Source: Candidatus Limnocylindria bacterium (GTDB lineage Bacteria; Chloroflexota; Limnocylindria; QHBO01). Taken from it: 64,000 nucleotides of DNA. Positions 27,142 through 37,162 of this stretch are shown here, piece by piece (position 1 is the first letter of the stretch; each line of letters begins with the position of its first letter). Made by a program: the position numbers and the translations under genes. The DNA is taken from positions 136,428-200,427 of the forward strand of contig JBBQXD010000002.1 in assembly GCA_038209995.1 (NCBI GenBank), written 5' to 3'. Below the pieces are notes generated by a model. It saw only the letters and a program-made list of their open reading frames with translations. It made no database searches and was not told the DNA's origin.

Positions 27142-29364
27142 CTACTCGAGGACGACGCGCACCACCCGGTCCGGGGTGGCGAGGAAGGCGACCGGTGGGC
27201 CGTCGGCGACCGAGGCCACCCGCAGGCCGATGACCTCGTCGAGTAGCCCAGCCTGCGCACCGCGGCGGGGTGCCATCCACTGGCCGACGAACGCGCCGTC
27301 CGCGCGTTGGAAGCCGATGATCCGCGCATTCGCCGCGTCGTAGACGAAGAAGAGCTCGCGCTCGCCAATGGTGGCCGCGTCAAAGAGGCGGTAGTCGAGC
27401 GCGTCGCGGACCTTGGCGTCCGGCGGCGGATCGAGGGAGAAATCGGTCTGCGGCAGCGGCGTGCCGAAGTTCACACGCGTCACCGTATTGCTCTGGAGGA
27501 GCCACAGGTTGGCGTCGACGAGGAGGTCGCGGGCGCGCTGCGGCGGGATGTCCGGCTCGGCGGTGAGGAAGGGTTGCGGGGCAGTCGGGAAGGTGACCGG
27601 GATGACCGCGGGCGGTGACCACTTGTCGATCGTGCCGCGCGCCGCATCCACGAGATACAGGTTGAAGATCTGGAGCGGCGGCCGGTGCTGGAGGGCGGCG
27701 AGCAGCCTGCTCTCGGGCGCCACCGCGTCGATGCCGGCGAGCGGCATGCGGTGCGGGGTCAGCTCGCTGAGGTCGATCCGCCACGCCTGCCGCGAGCGAT
27801 CCACCACCACGACGTCGGTGGCCGCGGTCGCGATGAGCCACGGGTCGCCCGCCACCCCGCCGCTGAGCTGCTGCCCGGCCCGGTAAACGACCGTCGCCGA
27901 CCCATCCGCGGGGTCGACGCGGATCACGCGACCGCGCCCGGCATCGGTGAGCCACAGCGCCCCATCGGAGGAGGCGACCATGCGGGATGCGCGCACGCCG
28001 TCGAGGGTGGCGCCGAGATCGGCGACGATCGCGATGTCACGGATCCGCGACACGCGGTAGAGCGCATCGAGGCCGGCATCGACACGCGCGCGGAGCGGCT
28101 CGAGCTCGCTGTCGGCCACGCCGGCGCCGGCGGCCAGCTCGACGGCGCGGAAGGCCTCGTCGAGCCGCGCCTTCGCCTGCTCCGGCGCGCGGGCGACGAG
28201 ATCGCGGCCGTCGACCTGGTCCTCGACCTGGGCGATCAGGTCGTGGGCGCTGGTGATCGCCGCGCGGGCCACCTGGGCGCGCGGGATCGCGTCGGTCGGC
28301 GTCGCCGACGGCAGCGAGCCGACCATGATCCCGGCCGCCGCGATGCCGGCCACCACGACCATCCACGCCAGGCCGAGGCGCCGCCGTCTACCCGACTCCC
28401 GCTCATCGGTCCGCGACACGGTGCGCGGGTACGCAGGCCGGCGTCGCGGCACGAAGGCGAGCAGGACGTTGACCAGTCGGAGGAGTCCGCGGCCGCCCGC
28501 GGCCTGGAGCGCGTCGATCCCCGATCCGGCGCGATGGAGGAGCCGCCCGATGGCATCGGCGAGAGGGACCGGGCTCTCGTCTGGCAGGCCGGCGAGGGGC
28601 TCGGCCGGTCGCACCGGCTCGAGCTGCCGCGTCGTGGTGGTGGCGCTGATCTCGTCCACCTCGAGGACGAGCAGGCCGTCCGACCCACTTCCCCCGCGGA
28701 TCGCGAACAGCTGCTGGAGGTGCTCGGCGGCGGCCGACGGGCGCATCGCATCGAGCGCGTGCTGCAGCTGGTCGATCCCCACCACATGGGCGAGGTTGCG
28801 GCTGACGAGCGCGATGCGGTCGTTGGCGGCCAGCTCACCCTGCCATGTGTACGGGTCGACCTGGAGCGCCTCGCCGAGGGTGCCTGCCACGCGCCGCTTC
28901 CGGACGCGCGGATCCTCGTCGGCGACCGCAGGCGGCGGAGGGAGCTCGTACATCCGACCGCCGCGCACGACGACCGCGCTCGCCGGCCCGAGCTTCGCCA
29001 CGTGGAGCTCGCGGCCCCGAATCGCCACCGCCACCACCCCGATTCCGCCGCGCTTTCCGATCCCGAATTGGCGCCGGTGGTGGTAGAGGCGCCGGTTCGC
29101 GGCCTCGATCGCCTTCGCGAGCGCGCCGAGCGCGCCGACCGACAGGTCGTAGTAATAGTCGCGCTCGATCTCGTCGAGCGCCTCGATGGCCGCGCGGCCG
29201 AGCGAGGCATCGGTCCCGCTCACCTGGGCGAGGAGGAAGAGCGACCCCTTGGTCCGCGCCCGCGCCCCAACCGTCGGCTCGTGGAAGCGGGCGATGTCGA
29301 GCGCCCCGGCAGCGCGTTCCTCGGCTGGGGGCAGACCGATACGAGTGGCGAGGCGAGAGGACAT
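27142..29364 (-). CDS. membrane protein with N-terminal PP2C-like domain carrying degenerate metal-binding motifs (pseudo-phosphatase?) and a large extracytoplasmic C-terminal domain
   Basis: PP2C-like topology blocks: 'IGVVAVAIRGRELHVAKLGPASAVVVRGG' (GDSR position reads GPAS) and 'NDRIALVSRNL' (SDGL position reads SRNL). A single TMS (LAWMVVVAGIAAAGIMVG) follows, then about 400 aa with beta-strand-rich repeats. Confidence 0.5.
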   Translation of the reverse strand: MSSRLATRIGLPPAEERAAGALDIARFHEPTVGARARTKGSLFLLAQVSGTDASLGRAAIEALDEIERDYYYDLSVGALGALAKAIEAANRRLYHHRRQFGIGKRGGIGVVAVAIRGRELHVAKLGPASAVVVRGGRMYELPPPPAVADEDPRVRKRRVAGTLGEALQVDPYTWQGELAANDRIALVSRNLAHVVGIDQLQHALDAMRPSAAAEHLQQLFAIRGGSGSDGLLVLEVDEISATTTTRQLEPVRPAEPLAGLPDESPVPLADAIGRLLHRAGSGIDALQAAGGRGLLRLVNVLLAFVPRRRPAYPRTVSRTDERESGRRRRLGLAWMVVVAGIAAAGIMVGSLPSATPTDAIPRAQVARAAITSAHDLIAQVEDQVDGRDLVARAPEQAKARLDEAFRAVELAAGAGVADSELEPLRARVDAGLDALYRVSRIRDIAIVADLGATLDGVRASRMVASSDGALWLTDAGRGRVIRVDPADGSATVVYRAGQQLSGGVAGDPWLIATAATDVVVVDRSRQAWRIDLSELTPHRMPLAGIDAVAPESRLLAALQHRPPLQIFNLYLVDAARGTIDKWSPPAVIPVTFPTAPQPFLTAEPDIPPQRARDLLVDANLWLLQSNTVTRVNFGTPLPQTDFSLDPPPDAKVRDALDYRLFDAATIGERELFFVYDAANARIIGFQRADGAFVGQWMAPRRGAQAGLLDEVIGLRVASVADGPPVAFLATPDRVVRVVLE

Positions 29365-29423
29365 GAGCAGGACCTACCGGAGCGCGGTGGGAGTCGACCG
29401 ATGCTGAGTATAGGAACCCGCGG

Positions 29424-29756
29424 TCACTCCCAGCGACCCACCGAAACGGCCACCCCGCGCAACTCGATGGTCGCCCCCGGACGACCCGCCATGCGGCGGT
29501 TCACCGCCCACGCCAGGGCCTCGCCCCGCATCCGGAGCTCGGAGGCGAGGATCGGCTCGGAGGCCTCGATCTGCGCGATCCCGCTCGCGACCTTCACCAC
29601 CCGGCTGCGCATGCCGCCGCGCGCGAGACCCGCCTCCTCGACGACCTCCTCCCATGCCAGGCGCGCCTGGGCCTGGGCGATCTCCGCCGCGGCGCCGGGA
29701 CCGATGCAGGCCAGCAGCGCGCGCTGCAGGGCGGCGCCGGACTCCTCGCCCGACAC
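29424..29756 (-). CDS. DUF721 domain protein (DciA-like), recF-associated
   Basis: 110 aa, GTG start 2 nt after the recF stop. Pattern 'RVVKVASGIAQIEASEPILASELRMRGEALAWAVNRR...ATIELRGVAVSV' matches DUF721. Position after recF is conserved. Confidence 0.6.
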   Translation of the reverse strand: MSGEESGAALQRALLACIGPGAAAEIAQAQARLAWEEVVEEAGLARGGMRSRVVKVASGIAQIEASEPILASELRMRGEALAWAVNRRMAGRPGATIELRGVAVSVGRWE

Positions 29757-29758
29757 CG

Positions 29759-30928
29759 TCAGGCGACCCGCGGCGCGAGCGAGAGCCGCCCGTCATCCAC
29801 GTGCCAGATCGGCACCCGCGCCCGCCTGGCCGGCGGCAGCGCCTCCGGATCAGCGGTCGTGACCAGCACCTGCCCGCGCTCTCCGAGCAGTGCCAGCGCC
29901 CGCTCCGATCGCTCCGGGTCGAGCTCACTGAACAGGTCGTCGAGGAGGACGATGGGCCGCGAGCCGTCGACACCCAACAGGTCGGTCTCCGCGAGCTTGA
30001 GGGCGAGGATGATCGTCCGCTGCTGGCCACGGCTGGCGTGCTCGGCGACGCCGCGTCCGCCGAGCTCGACGACGAGGTCGTCGCGCTGCGGGCCGACGAG
30101 CGAGACCCCGTTCCAGAGCTCCTTCTGGCGCACGTCCGCCAGCCGGCGCCGATAGGCGGCCTCCAGGGTCGTCACGTCATGCGCCCCGTCGGAGCGGCCC
30201 TGCCAGGCGTCCTTGAGCGAGTCGGCGTAGGCCACCCGTACCGTGTCGGCGCGCTCGTCGGCCGGGGCGACCGCATCGTGGAGCGGCCCGATGCGCGCCG
30301 CGAGCTCCCCGACCAGCGCCAGGCGCGCCGCGGTGACCCGGGCGCCGATGGTGACGAGCTCTTCGTCCCAGAACGGCATCCCGTCGGCGCCGGCCTCCTC
30401 GCGCCGGATCGCGCGGAGCAGCGCGTTGCGCTGGGCGAGCACGCGGGCGAGGTCGACGAGGTCGCGCGCCACGCGGCGGTCACGCTGGGCAAGGATGGCG
30501 TCGAGGAAGCGGCGACGCTCCCCCGGCGATCCGACGAGAAGGAGCATCTCCTCGGGGCGGAACAGGACGGCGCGCACGACCTCGCCGATCGACGTCGATC
30601 GCCGCGCCAGGCCGTTGACGGTCATCCGCTTGCGCAGGCCGACCGGCGGGTCCGCTCCCGGAAGGACCGCCTCGACCCGTGCCCCATCACCACCGTCCGG
30701 GTCGGCCAGGTCGAGCCGGATGCGGGCGAATGGCGAGCCGTGCTGGACCAGCTCGCTCTCGACCGCCGCGCGTGCGGAGCGGCCGGTGATCGCCACCACG
30801 ATCGCCTCGAGGAGGTTCGTCTTGCCTGCCCCGTTCGGCCCGGCGACGATCGTCAGGCCGGGCTCGAGATGGAGCTCCGCGCTCTCATAGCTGCGGAAGT
30901 GGTCGAGCGTCAGGCGGGCCAGGCGCAT
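29759..30928 (-). CDS. recF: DNA replication and repair protein RecF
   Basis: 'MRLARLTLDHFRSYESAELHLEPGLTIVAGPNGAGKTNLLEAI' Walker A and SMC-like signature. 389 aa. Confidence 0.9.
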   Translation of the reverse strand: MRLARLTLDHFRSYESAELHLEPGLTIVAGPNGAGKTNLLEAIVVAITGRSARAAVESELVQHGSPFARIRLDLADPDGGDGARVEAVLPGADPPVGLRKRMTVNGLARRSTSIGEVVRAVLFRPEEMLLLVGSPGERRRFLDAILAQRDRRVARDLVDLARVLAQRNALLRAIRREEAGADGMPFWDEELVTIGARVTAARLALVGELAARIGPLHDAVAPADERADTVRVAYADSLKDAWQGRSDGAHDVTTLEAAYRRRLADVRQKELWNGVSLVGPQRDDLVVELGGRGVAEHASRGQQRTIILALKLAETDLLGVDGSRPIVLLDDLFSELDPERSERALALLGERGQVLVTTADPEALPPARRARVPIWHVDDGRLSLAPRVA

Positions 30929-30962
30929 CGGTCAGGCCCTCATCGGTGCGGCCGGCGCTGCG

Positions 30963-32093
30963 TCAGGACGCGGTGCGGACCGGCATGATGACGTGGACGT
31001 AGTCGTCCTTGCCGATGCCGCGGATGACGCCCGGTGCGAGTGGGCCGGAGAGCTCGAGCGCCGCCTCGTCCGAGCCGAGGTTGCTCAGCACGTCGATCAG
31101 GTAGCGTGCGTTGAAGGCGATGGTGGTGGGAGATCCCTCGACCGTGGCATCGAGCGCGTCGGCCGCGTCACCGATGTCGGCCGCGTGCGCCGAGATCGAC
31201 ACCGCCGAGGCATCCTCCTCCTCGCTGCCCACCGCGATCTTCACGATGTTCGCGCTGTCGCGGGCGAAGATGCTCGCCCGTCGCGCGCCGGCCAGGAAGG
31301 CCTCGCGGTCGATGATCGCCCGGGAGGTGTGCGCCGTCGGGATGACCGGCTCGTAGTTCGGGAACTGGCCCTCGATGAGGCGGCTGACGAGGTCGATCCC
31401 CTCGGTGTGGAAGAGGACCTGGCTCTTGTTCGGGGTGACGGTGATCTCGACCGCCGCATCGCCGTCGGGCAGGATCCGCATGAGCTCGCCGTACGAGCGG
31501 CCCGGGACCACGATGAGCACCTCGCCGCTCACCGGCGAGGCGAGCTCCAGGTGACGCACCGCGATCCGATAGTTGTCCGCGGCGGCGAGCGTCATCCGGC
31601 TGCCGGCGAGCCGGGTCAGGACACCGGTCAGGATGGGTCGGCTCTCGTCGGTCGCGGCTGCGAAGACCACCTCCCCCAGGGCCTCGCGGAGCGCCCGCGC
31701 GTCGACGGTCGTGGCCGGCGCGTCACCGATCGCCGCGACGACCGGAAACTCGTCGGCCTCGATGCCCTTGATCGAGCTCCTGTTGCCGGCGCAGCTGACC
31801 TTCAGGGTGCGGTCCTTCGGGGAGAGGACGAGGTCGATCCGCTGGTTCGGGAAGCTGCCAACGAGATCGGAGAGCAGCTTGGCCGGGACGGTGATCTCAC
31901 CCTCCTCGCTCACCTTGCCGGGCACCCAGCAGTTGATACCGATCTCGAGGTTCGTGGCGGTCAGCTTCAGGCCGGCGTCCTGGGTGCGGAGGAGGACGTT
32001 CGCCAGCACGGGCAGCGTGGCCCGGCTGCTCACCGCGCGGCTCACGATTCCGAGCCCGCGCGCCAGGTTCTCCTGCATCACCGAGACGTTCAT
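30963..32093 (-). CDS. dnaN: DNA polymerase III beta subunit (sliding clamp)
   Basis: Internal start 'MNVSVMQENLARGLGIVSRAVSSRATLPVLANVLL' is the typical DnaN N-terminus. 377 aa. The ORF-track extension to 32369 is rejected. Confidence 0.85.
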   Translation of the reverse strand: MNVSVMQENLARGLGIVSRAVSSRATLPVLANVLLRTQDAGLKLTATNLEIGINCWVPGKVSEEGEITVPAKLLSDLVGSFPNQRIDLVLSPKDRTLKVSCAGNRSSIKGIEADEFPVVAAIGDAPATTVDARALREALGEVVFAAATDESRPILTGVLTRLAGSRMTLAAADNYRIAVRHLELASPVSGEVLIVVPGRSYGELMRILPDGDAAVEITVTPNKSQVLFHTEGIDLVSRLIEGQFPNYEPVIPTAHTSRAIIDREAFLAGARRASIFARDSANIVKIAVGSEEEDASAVSISAHAADIGDAADALDATVEGSPTTIAFNARYLIDVLSNLGSDEAALELSGPLAPGVIRGIGKDDYVHVIMPVRTAS

Positions 32094-32466
32094 GCCGGTC
32101 CAGCGACCTCCTGCTCGGACGCAGCGCAGATCCACATCCACCGGCTGCGCGATACGACGACGAATGGTTCTCTCGAAGAATACTTCCAATCCGTCGTCGT
32201 CCCTAGTAGGGGTGTGGACGGCGTGGACATCTGCTCGATTCGTGCCCGGAACGACCCGTGGCGCGCGGTGGTCCGGTGGTCGACGAGGCGGTTGGATGGA
32301 GTGGGAAAGCGGGCTCCCGTGGTGGACGAGGGCTCCGTGCCGAAACCGTTGTGCGGCGTATTTCTCCACACGCAGCCGAGGATATCCACGAGAAGGTCGG
32401 AGTTATCCACCTCGACCGAGCCGGAGGTACCACCGGGCGCCCATGTCGCGTGCCGGCGGCGGTCCG
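32094..32466. other. candidate oriC: dnaA-dnaN intergenic region with clustered DnaA-box-like 9-mers and an AT-rich stretch
   Basis: Same-orientation boxes TTCTCCACA (about 32363), ATATCCACG (about 32382) and TTATCCACC (about 32402). Further box-like 9-mers in both orientations: GATCCACAT/CATCCACC (about 32130) and TGTGGACGG/CGTGGACAT (about 32214, 32222). AT-rich 'gaatggttctctcgaagaatacttccaatcc' (about 32160..32192) is a possible DNA unwinding element. Confidence 0.5.
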
Positions 32467-33807
32467 TCATTCGGAGTAGATCATCTCCCGCACCGCGTTG
32501 ATCTCACGGCGCATCTCGTCGTTCTCGCCGAGCTCGCGCGCGATCTTGTCGTAGGCGTGGAGCACCGTCGAGTGGTCGCGGCCGCCGAGCTCGGCGCCGA
32601 TGCGGAGAAGGCTGATGTCGGTCTCCTCCCGCATGAGGTACATCGCGATCTGGCGCGGCACGACGATCGCGCGGTCGCGCTTGCTGCTGCGCAGCAGGTC
32701 GAGGTTCACCCCGTAGTAGTCGGCCACGGCGCGCACGATGCGCTGCGGCGTGATCGACCGCTTCTTCGGGTTGTACATGACGTTCGACAGCACGGCCGAT
32801 GCGAGCTCGATGCTGATCGGCATGCCGGACATGCTCGCGTAGGCGATCACGCGGTTCAGGGCGCCCTCGAGCTCGCGGACGTTGCTCACCACCTTGCGTG
32901 CGATGAAGTCGATGACGTCGGGCGGGATGAGGTCGAGCTGATCCTCGGCCTTGCTGCGCAGGATGGCGATCCGCGTCTCGAGGTCCGGCGGCGTGAGGTC
33001 GGCGATGAGGCCCCACTCGAACCGGCTGCGGAGACGCTCCTCCAGGGTGGTGATCGCCTTGGGCGGACGATCCGAGGAGAGCACGATCTGCTTGCCGGCC
33101 TCGTGGATCGCGTTGAAGGTATGGAAGAACTCCTCTTGGGTCCGCTCACGCTCGGCGATGAACTGGATGTCGTCGATCAGGAGGACATCGATGCGGCGGT
33201 ATCGGTTCCGGAAGTCTTCCATCTTCTGCTCCCGGATCGAGTTGATGAAGTCATTCGTGAACTTCTCGCTCGATGCGTAGAGGACGCGCTTGCGGGGGAA
33301 CTTGGTCGCCACCGCGTTGCCGATGGCGTGCATGAGGTGCGTCTTGCCGAGGCCGACCCCGCCATAGAGGAAGAGCGGGTTGTACGCGTGTCCGGGCCGC
33401 TCCGCGACCGAGAGCGCGGCGGCGTGCGCGAGCCGGTTGGCCGATCCGACGATGAAGTTGGAAAAGACGTAGCGCCCGTTGAGGTTCAGGGCATTGCCGC
33501 CCGCCGAGAGTGGCGGCAGCTGGAGCGTCTCCTCGGAGGCCTGGTCGGGCAGCGGCCCCGGCGCGTCGGCCACCACGAATTCGACCTGGACCGATCCGCC
33601 GACGACGCGAGCCAGCGTCTGGCTGATGAGGGTGCGGTATCGGTTGTCGAGCCAGTCCCGTGCGAAGCCGTTCGGCGCGGCGATGCGGAAGCGGTTGTCG
33701 TCGATCTCGACGAGCTGCGTGTCCTTCAGCCAGGTCTCGAAGTTCGCCGGCGAGAGGCTGACCTCCAGCTCGCCCAACACGGCGCGCCAGACCTGCTTCG
33801 CATCCAT
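32467..33807 (-). CDS. dnaA: chromosomal replication initiator DnaA
   Basis: Start [10 protein letters not shown]; AAA+ Walker A '[11 protein letters not shown]', box VII, and C-terminal DNA-binding HTH '[13 protein letters not shown]...STVLHA'. 446 aa. Confidence 0.9.
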   Translation of the reverse strand: MDAKQVWRAVLGELEVSLSPANFETWLKDTQLVEIDDNRFRIAAPNGFARDWLDNRYRTLISQTLARVVGGSVQVEFVVADAPGPLPDQASEETLQLPPLSAGGNALNLNGRYVFSNFIVGSANRLAHAAALSVAERPGHAYNPLFLYGGVGLGKTHLMHAIGNAVATKFPRKRVLYASSEKFTNDFINSIREQKMEDFRNRYRRIDVLLIDDIQFIAERERTQEEFFHTFNAIHEAGKQIVLSSDRPPKAITTLEERLRSRFEWGLIADLTPPDLETRIAILRSKAEDQLDLIPPDVIDFIARKVVSNVRELEGALNRVIAYASMSGMPISIELASAVLSNVMYNPKKRSITPQRIVRAVADYYGVNLDLLRSSKRDRAIVVPRQIAMYLMREETDISLLRIGAELGGRDHSTVLHAYDKIARELGENDEMRREINAVREMIYSE

Positions 33808-34002
33808 CAACAGCCGTCTCCACACGCCCGCAGCGCGGGCCTCGAAAGGGTCGAATAGCCACTCCGCGGGAGCGGACGGAAGGGTGTCGAGAGGGCTTCC
33901 GGTCCGCGGGGTCGCGGTAGTGTAGCAGCCCGGTTTCGGCCCGGGCAATGGAATCGTACGACACGGACGCGACCGACTCGCGCCAATCGTCTCGATCCCC
34001 GT

Positions 34003-34031
34003 TTGACCCCTGTCGGCAGGCTCCGTACAAT
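34003..34031 (+). promoter_or_regulatory. near-consensus sigma70 promoter for rpmH operon (-35 TTGACC, 17-nt spacer, -10 TACAAT)
   Basis: TTGACC at 34003..34008 and TACAAT at 34026..34031, about 125 nt upstream of the rpmH ATG. Confidence 0.45.
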
Positions 34032-34157
34032 CCGCGAGGAACCGCACCACGGCCACGGTGGGCGCTGCCCGCCGGCTGGCTCGGCCAGCCGCTCGCATCT
34101 TGCTGCAGCGCGATGCGCACCGCCTGACCAGCTCGTAACGAGGACGATCACGGACCC

Positions 34158-34295
34158 ATGGGAAAGCCGACCTACCAGCCCAAGCGTCGCGCCCGCAAGC
34201 GCGAGCATGGCTTCATGGCGCGCATGGCGTCCAAGGGTGGTCGCCGGGTACTCGCCCGCCGTCGCGCGAAGGGTCGCAAGCGGCTGACCGTCTGA
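34158..34295 (+). CDS. rpmH: 50S ribosomal protein L34
   Basis: 45 aa '[45 protein letters not shown]'. Confidence 0.85.
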   Translation: MGKPTYQPKRRARKREHGFMARMASKGGRRVLARRRAKGRKRLTV

Positions 34296-34320
34296 CGCGG
34301 GCGACCGAAGCGCTCGGCTC

Positions 34321-34656
34321 GTGCCGCCGCTGGTCACGCTCAGCCATCGCGCCGATTTCAACGCGGTGATGCGCAGCGGAACAGCACGGTCGCATCGGCT
34401 GATCGTCCTGCGCTGGCTCCGGACCGATCGCGCGGAGACGCGCGTGGGGTTCAGCACTCCCCGCACGCTCGGGGGGGCGGTGGTACGGAACCGGGTGCGC
34501 CGTCGCCTGCGCGAGATCGTGCGGGAGCGGCTGGATCTCATCGGTGGAGGCCGGGACCTCCTCGTGATCGCGCGGCCGGAGGCGGCCGCGGTTGACTACG
34601 CCGAGCTGCGCGCGGCCTTCGCGACGCTCCTCGAGCGCTCGAGACTCGGAAGATGA
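34321..34656 (+). CDS. rnpA: ribonuclease P protein component
   Basis: 111 aa, basic, '[24 protein letters not shown]' matches the RnpA RNR-motif region. GTG start. Position after rpmH. Confidence 0.8.
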   Translation: MPPLVTLSHRADFNAVMRSGTARSHRLIVLRWLRTDRAETRVGFSTPRTLGGAVVRNRVRRRLREIVRERLDLIGGGRDLLVIARPEAAAVDYAELRAAFATLLERSRLGR

Positions 34657-34859
34657 GGAAGATCGGGCTGGGACTGATCATCGCGTACCAGAAGCTCACC
34701 TTCTGGATGCCGCCGACCTGCCGCTACACGCCGAGCTGCTCGCGCTACGCCTACGAGGCGATCGAGCGCTACGGCCTCCTGCGTGGCTCCGCGATGGGGA
34801 TGCGTCGCATCGCCCGCTGCAATCCACTCCACCCGGGCGGCCATGACCCCGTGCAGTAG
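34653..34859 (+). CDS. yidD: membrane protein insertion efficiency factor YidD
   Basis: 68 aa '[38 protein letters not shown]...[13 protein letters not shown]'. ATGA overlap with rnpA. Confidence 0.8.
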   Translation: MRKIGLGLIIAYQKLTFWMPPTCRYTPSCSRYAYEAIERYGLLRGSAMGMRRIARCNPLHPGGHDPVQ

Positions 34860-34876
34860 GCGGCGCTGAGCCGATC

Positions 34877-36028
34877 ATGAACCCCGTCATCGCCGCCGGC
34901 TTCCTGGGCATCGAGCACTTCACGCCGCCCTGGGACGTCTTCTTCCTGCCGCTCTTCAACCTGCTGATCGCGCTCTACAAGCTGCTGTTCAACGACTTCG
35001 CGCTCGCGATCATCGTCTTCACCATCGTCATCCGTATCCTCGTCGCGCCACTCTTCAACGCCCAGATCCGTTCGCAGAAGGAGATGCAGCGGATGCAGCC
35101 CCTCGTGCGGGAGCTGCAGCGGAAGCACAAGGGCAACCGGCAGAAGATCGCCGAAGAGACGATGGCGCTCTACCGCGAGCACGGCGTCAACCAGTTCGGT
35201 GGCTGCCTGCCGCTCCTCATCCAGCTGCCGTTCCTGCTCGCGCTCTACCAGGCGCTCATCCGCGCCGCGAACGTCGTGACGCTCACGACCCAACAGGTCG
35301 CGGACGACAGGTTCACGCAGCTCAAGGCGGCCCTCCCGGGGATCGTGCCGGTCGCCGGGTCCACGACGCAGTTCAACGCGCCGATCGGCGGCAGCTGCGA
35401 CGTGTCGCAGTTCTCGATCGCCGAGTTCAGCCATTTCCTGCCGCTGAACTGCCAGCTCATCGACCCGCTGAAGCTCCTTTCGGCGGTGAACACCAAGGTC
35501 GCCTGGCTGGGCGGCCTGGATCTCGCACGGCCCGATCACGTCTTCGCGATCATCATCCCGGGACTCGGCTTCGGGCTGTCGCTCATCGCGGTCCTCACCG
35601 CGATCCTCCAGTTCATCCAGGTGCGGATGACGTCGCCGCGTGCCAACCCGGACGATCCGACGGCCACGGCGACCAGCACGATGACGTACCTGTTTCCGTT
35701 CCTGACCGTCTTCTGGGGCGGCATCTTCCCCAGCGGTCTGATCCTCTACTACCTGGTCTACACGGCCTTCCTGGTCGTGCAGCAGTACTTCATCATGGGT
35801 TGGGGCAACCTCTTCCCGCTCTTCGGCTGGCAGCCCGCGTGGGCGCCGGCGACGGTAGAGCCAGCTCCCCGACCGCGCCGGCGCGACGATGATTCGAACG
35901 CGACGCACGACGACGGGGGCGAGGGCGGCCGCACGGCCGCCACGGCCCGGCCCACCTCCCCTCGCCCGACACAACCCGGCCAGCGGCCGGTGCGCAAGGG
36001 CGGCAAACGACGAGGCCGAAAGCGATGA
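34877..36028 (+). CDS. yidC: membrane protein insertase YidC/Oxa1 family
   Basis: 383 aa, multi-TMS with 'GGCLPLLIQLPFLLALYQAL'. Basic C-terminal tail. Confidence 0.85.
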   Translation: MNPVIAAGFLGIEHFTPPWDVFFLPLFNLLIALYKLLFNDFALAIIVFTIVIRILVAPLFNAQIRSQKEMQRMQPLVRELQRKHKGNRQKIAEETMALYREHGVNQFGGCLPLLIQLPFLLALYQALIRAANVVTLTTQQVADDRFTQLKAALPGIVPVAGSTTQFNAPIGGSCDVSQFSIAEFSHFLPLNCQLIDPLKLLSAVNTKVAWLGGLDLARPDHVFAIIIPGLGFGLSLIAVLTAILQFIQVRMTSPRANPDDPTATATSTMTYLFPFLTVFWGGIFPSGLILYYLVYTAFLVVQQYFIMGWGNLFPLFGWQPAWAPATVEPAPRPRRRDDDSNATHDDGGEGGRTAATARPTSPRPTQPGQRPVRKGGKRRGRKR

Positions 36029-37140
36029 CATTCAGAGAGTTCACCGGTAAGAACGTCGAGGAAGCGATCCGGACCGCGATGAAGGAATTCGCGTCCGATC
36101 TCAGCGACCTCGACATCGAGATCCTGTCCCAGGGCAGCCGCGGCATCCTCGGGGTCGGGGGCGAGGAGGCGCGCATCCTTGCCGCGCCGAAGTCCGCCGT
36201 TGCCGCCGCATCAAGCGTCCGCCCATCCGCACCGCCCGAGCCTCCGGCGCCGGGCGCGGAGTCCAGCGCGGAGCCCGGCTCGGACGTCGAAGCCGAAGCC
36301 GACGCAGTTGCCGCCCCCGCGCCGCGCGGCCGGGGTCGGGGCCGTGCCCGGACGACCGATCCCGCGGAGGTCGTGGCCGAAGCCGAGCCCGCGGCAGTGC
36401 CGTCGGAGCCATCGGCCGGCGACGAGGCCGTGGCAGCACGCGGCGATGACCAGGCGACCGAGCGCGCGGCGTACGAGGTCGGCGAGACTGGTGGCGCCGG
36501 GGAGCTGTCGGACGAGCGACGGCGCGGTCGCCGCGGTGGCCGTGGTCGCAACGGGCGCGAGCGACCCTCGGCCGCGCCGCGCGAGCGGGATCGGGACCGA
36601 GACCGAGATCGCCCGGCCCGTGAGCCGGCCCCGTTCGTGCCGGCCAAGCCGCTCGCCGAGCTGTCGGAGGAAGAGCGGAAGGTCCTCGAGGACGCGACCA
36701 CCGTCCTCGAGGAGCTCCTGCGCCTCATGGGCGTGCCGGGGACCGTGGAGGTCGCCATGGGTCACGAGGCGTCGAAGCTCAACGTGAAGGGCGACGGGCT
36801 CGGCCTGCTCATCGGCCGCCGCGGGGAGAAGCTGGCGAGCCTCCAGCACATCGTGAACCTCATGGTCGCGCGTGGCGAGGCACAGCACCACCGCATCATG
36901 GTCGACGTCGAGAACTACCGCGGCCGCCGCGAGGACCAGCTCCGCGACGTCGCCGAGCGGGCCGCGAAGCGGGTTCTCCAGACCGGGAAGATCATCCAGC
37001 TCGAGGCCATGCCGGCCGTGGAGCGGCGAATCGTCCACATGGCGCTGGTCGAGAACCCGCGGATTCGGACGCAGAGCGTCGGCGTCGAGCCGAACCGCCG
37101 GATCGTGATCCTGCCGGCCGGCCAGGTCGAGCCGCGCTGA
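36025..37140 (+). CDS. khpB: Jag/KhpB RNA-binding protein (Jag_N, KH and R3H domains) with long low-complexity linker
   Basis: ATGA overlap with yidC. C-terminal 'GVPGTVEVAMGHE...LLIGRRGEKLASLQHIVNLM' (KH) and 'RIMVDVENYRGRREDQLRDVAERAAKRVLQTGKIIQLEAMPAVERRIVHMAL' (R3H). Confidence 0.75.
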   Translation: MTFREFTGKNVEEAIRTAMKEFASDLSDLDIEILSQGSRGILGVGGEEARILAAPKSAVAAASSVRPSAPPEPPAPGAESSAEPGSDVEAEADAVAAPAPRGRGRGRARTTDPAEVVAEAEPAAVPSEPSAGDEAVAARGDDQATERAAYEVGETGGAGELSDERRRGRRGGRGRNGRERPSAAPRERDRDRDRDRPAREPAPFVPAKPLAELSEEERKVLEDATTVLEELLRLMGVPGTVEVAMGHEASKLNVKGDGLGLLIGRRGEKLASLQHIVNLMVARGEAQHHRIMVDVENYRGRREDQLRDVAERAAKRVLQTGKIIQLEAMPAVERRIVHMALVENPRIRTQSVGVEPNRRIVILPAGQVEPR

Positions 37141-37162
37141 CCGCCGACTGGGCCGATTCGCC

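Noticed and set aside
31573-33858. 761-aa plus-strand ORF
   Set aside because: Antisense across dnaN, the oriC candidate and dnaA. It cannot be coding.
33808-34000. Possible DnaA boxes in the dnaA-rpmH divergent region
   Set aside because: Only one weak 7-of-9 match (TCTCCACAC) was seen. The dnaA-dnaN gap has the convincing cluster, so the origin call was placed there.
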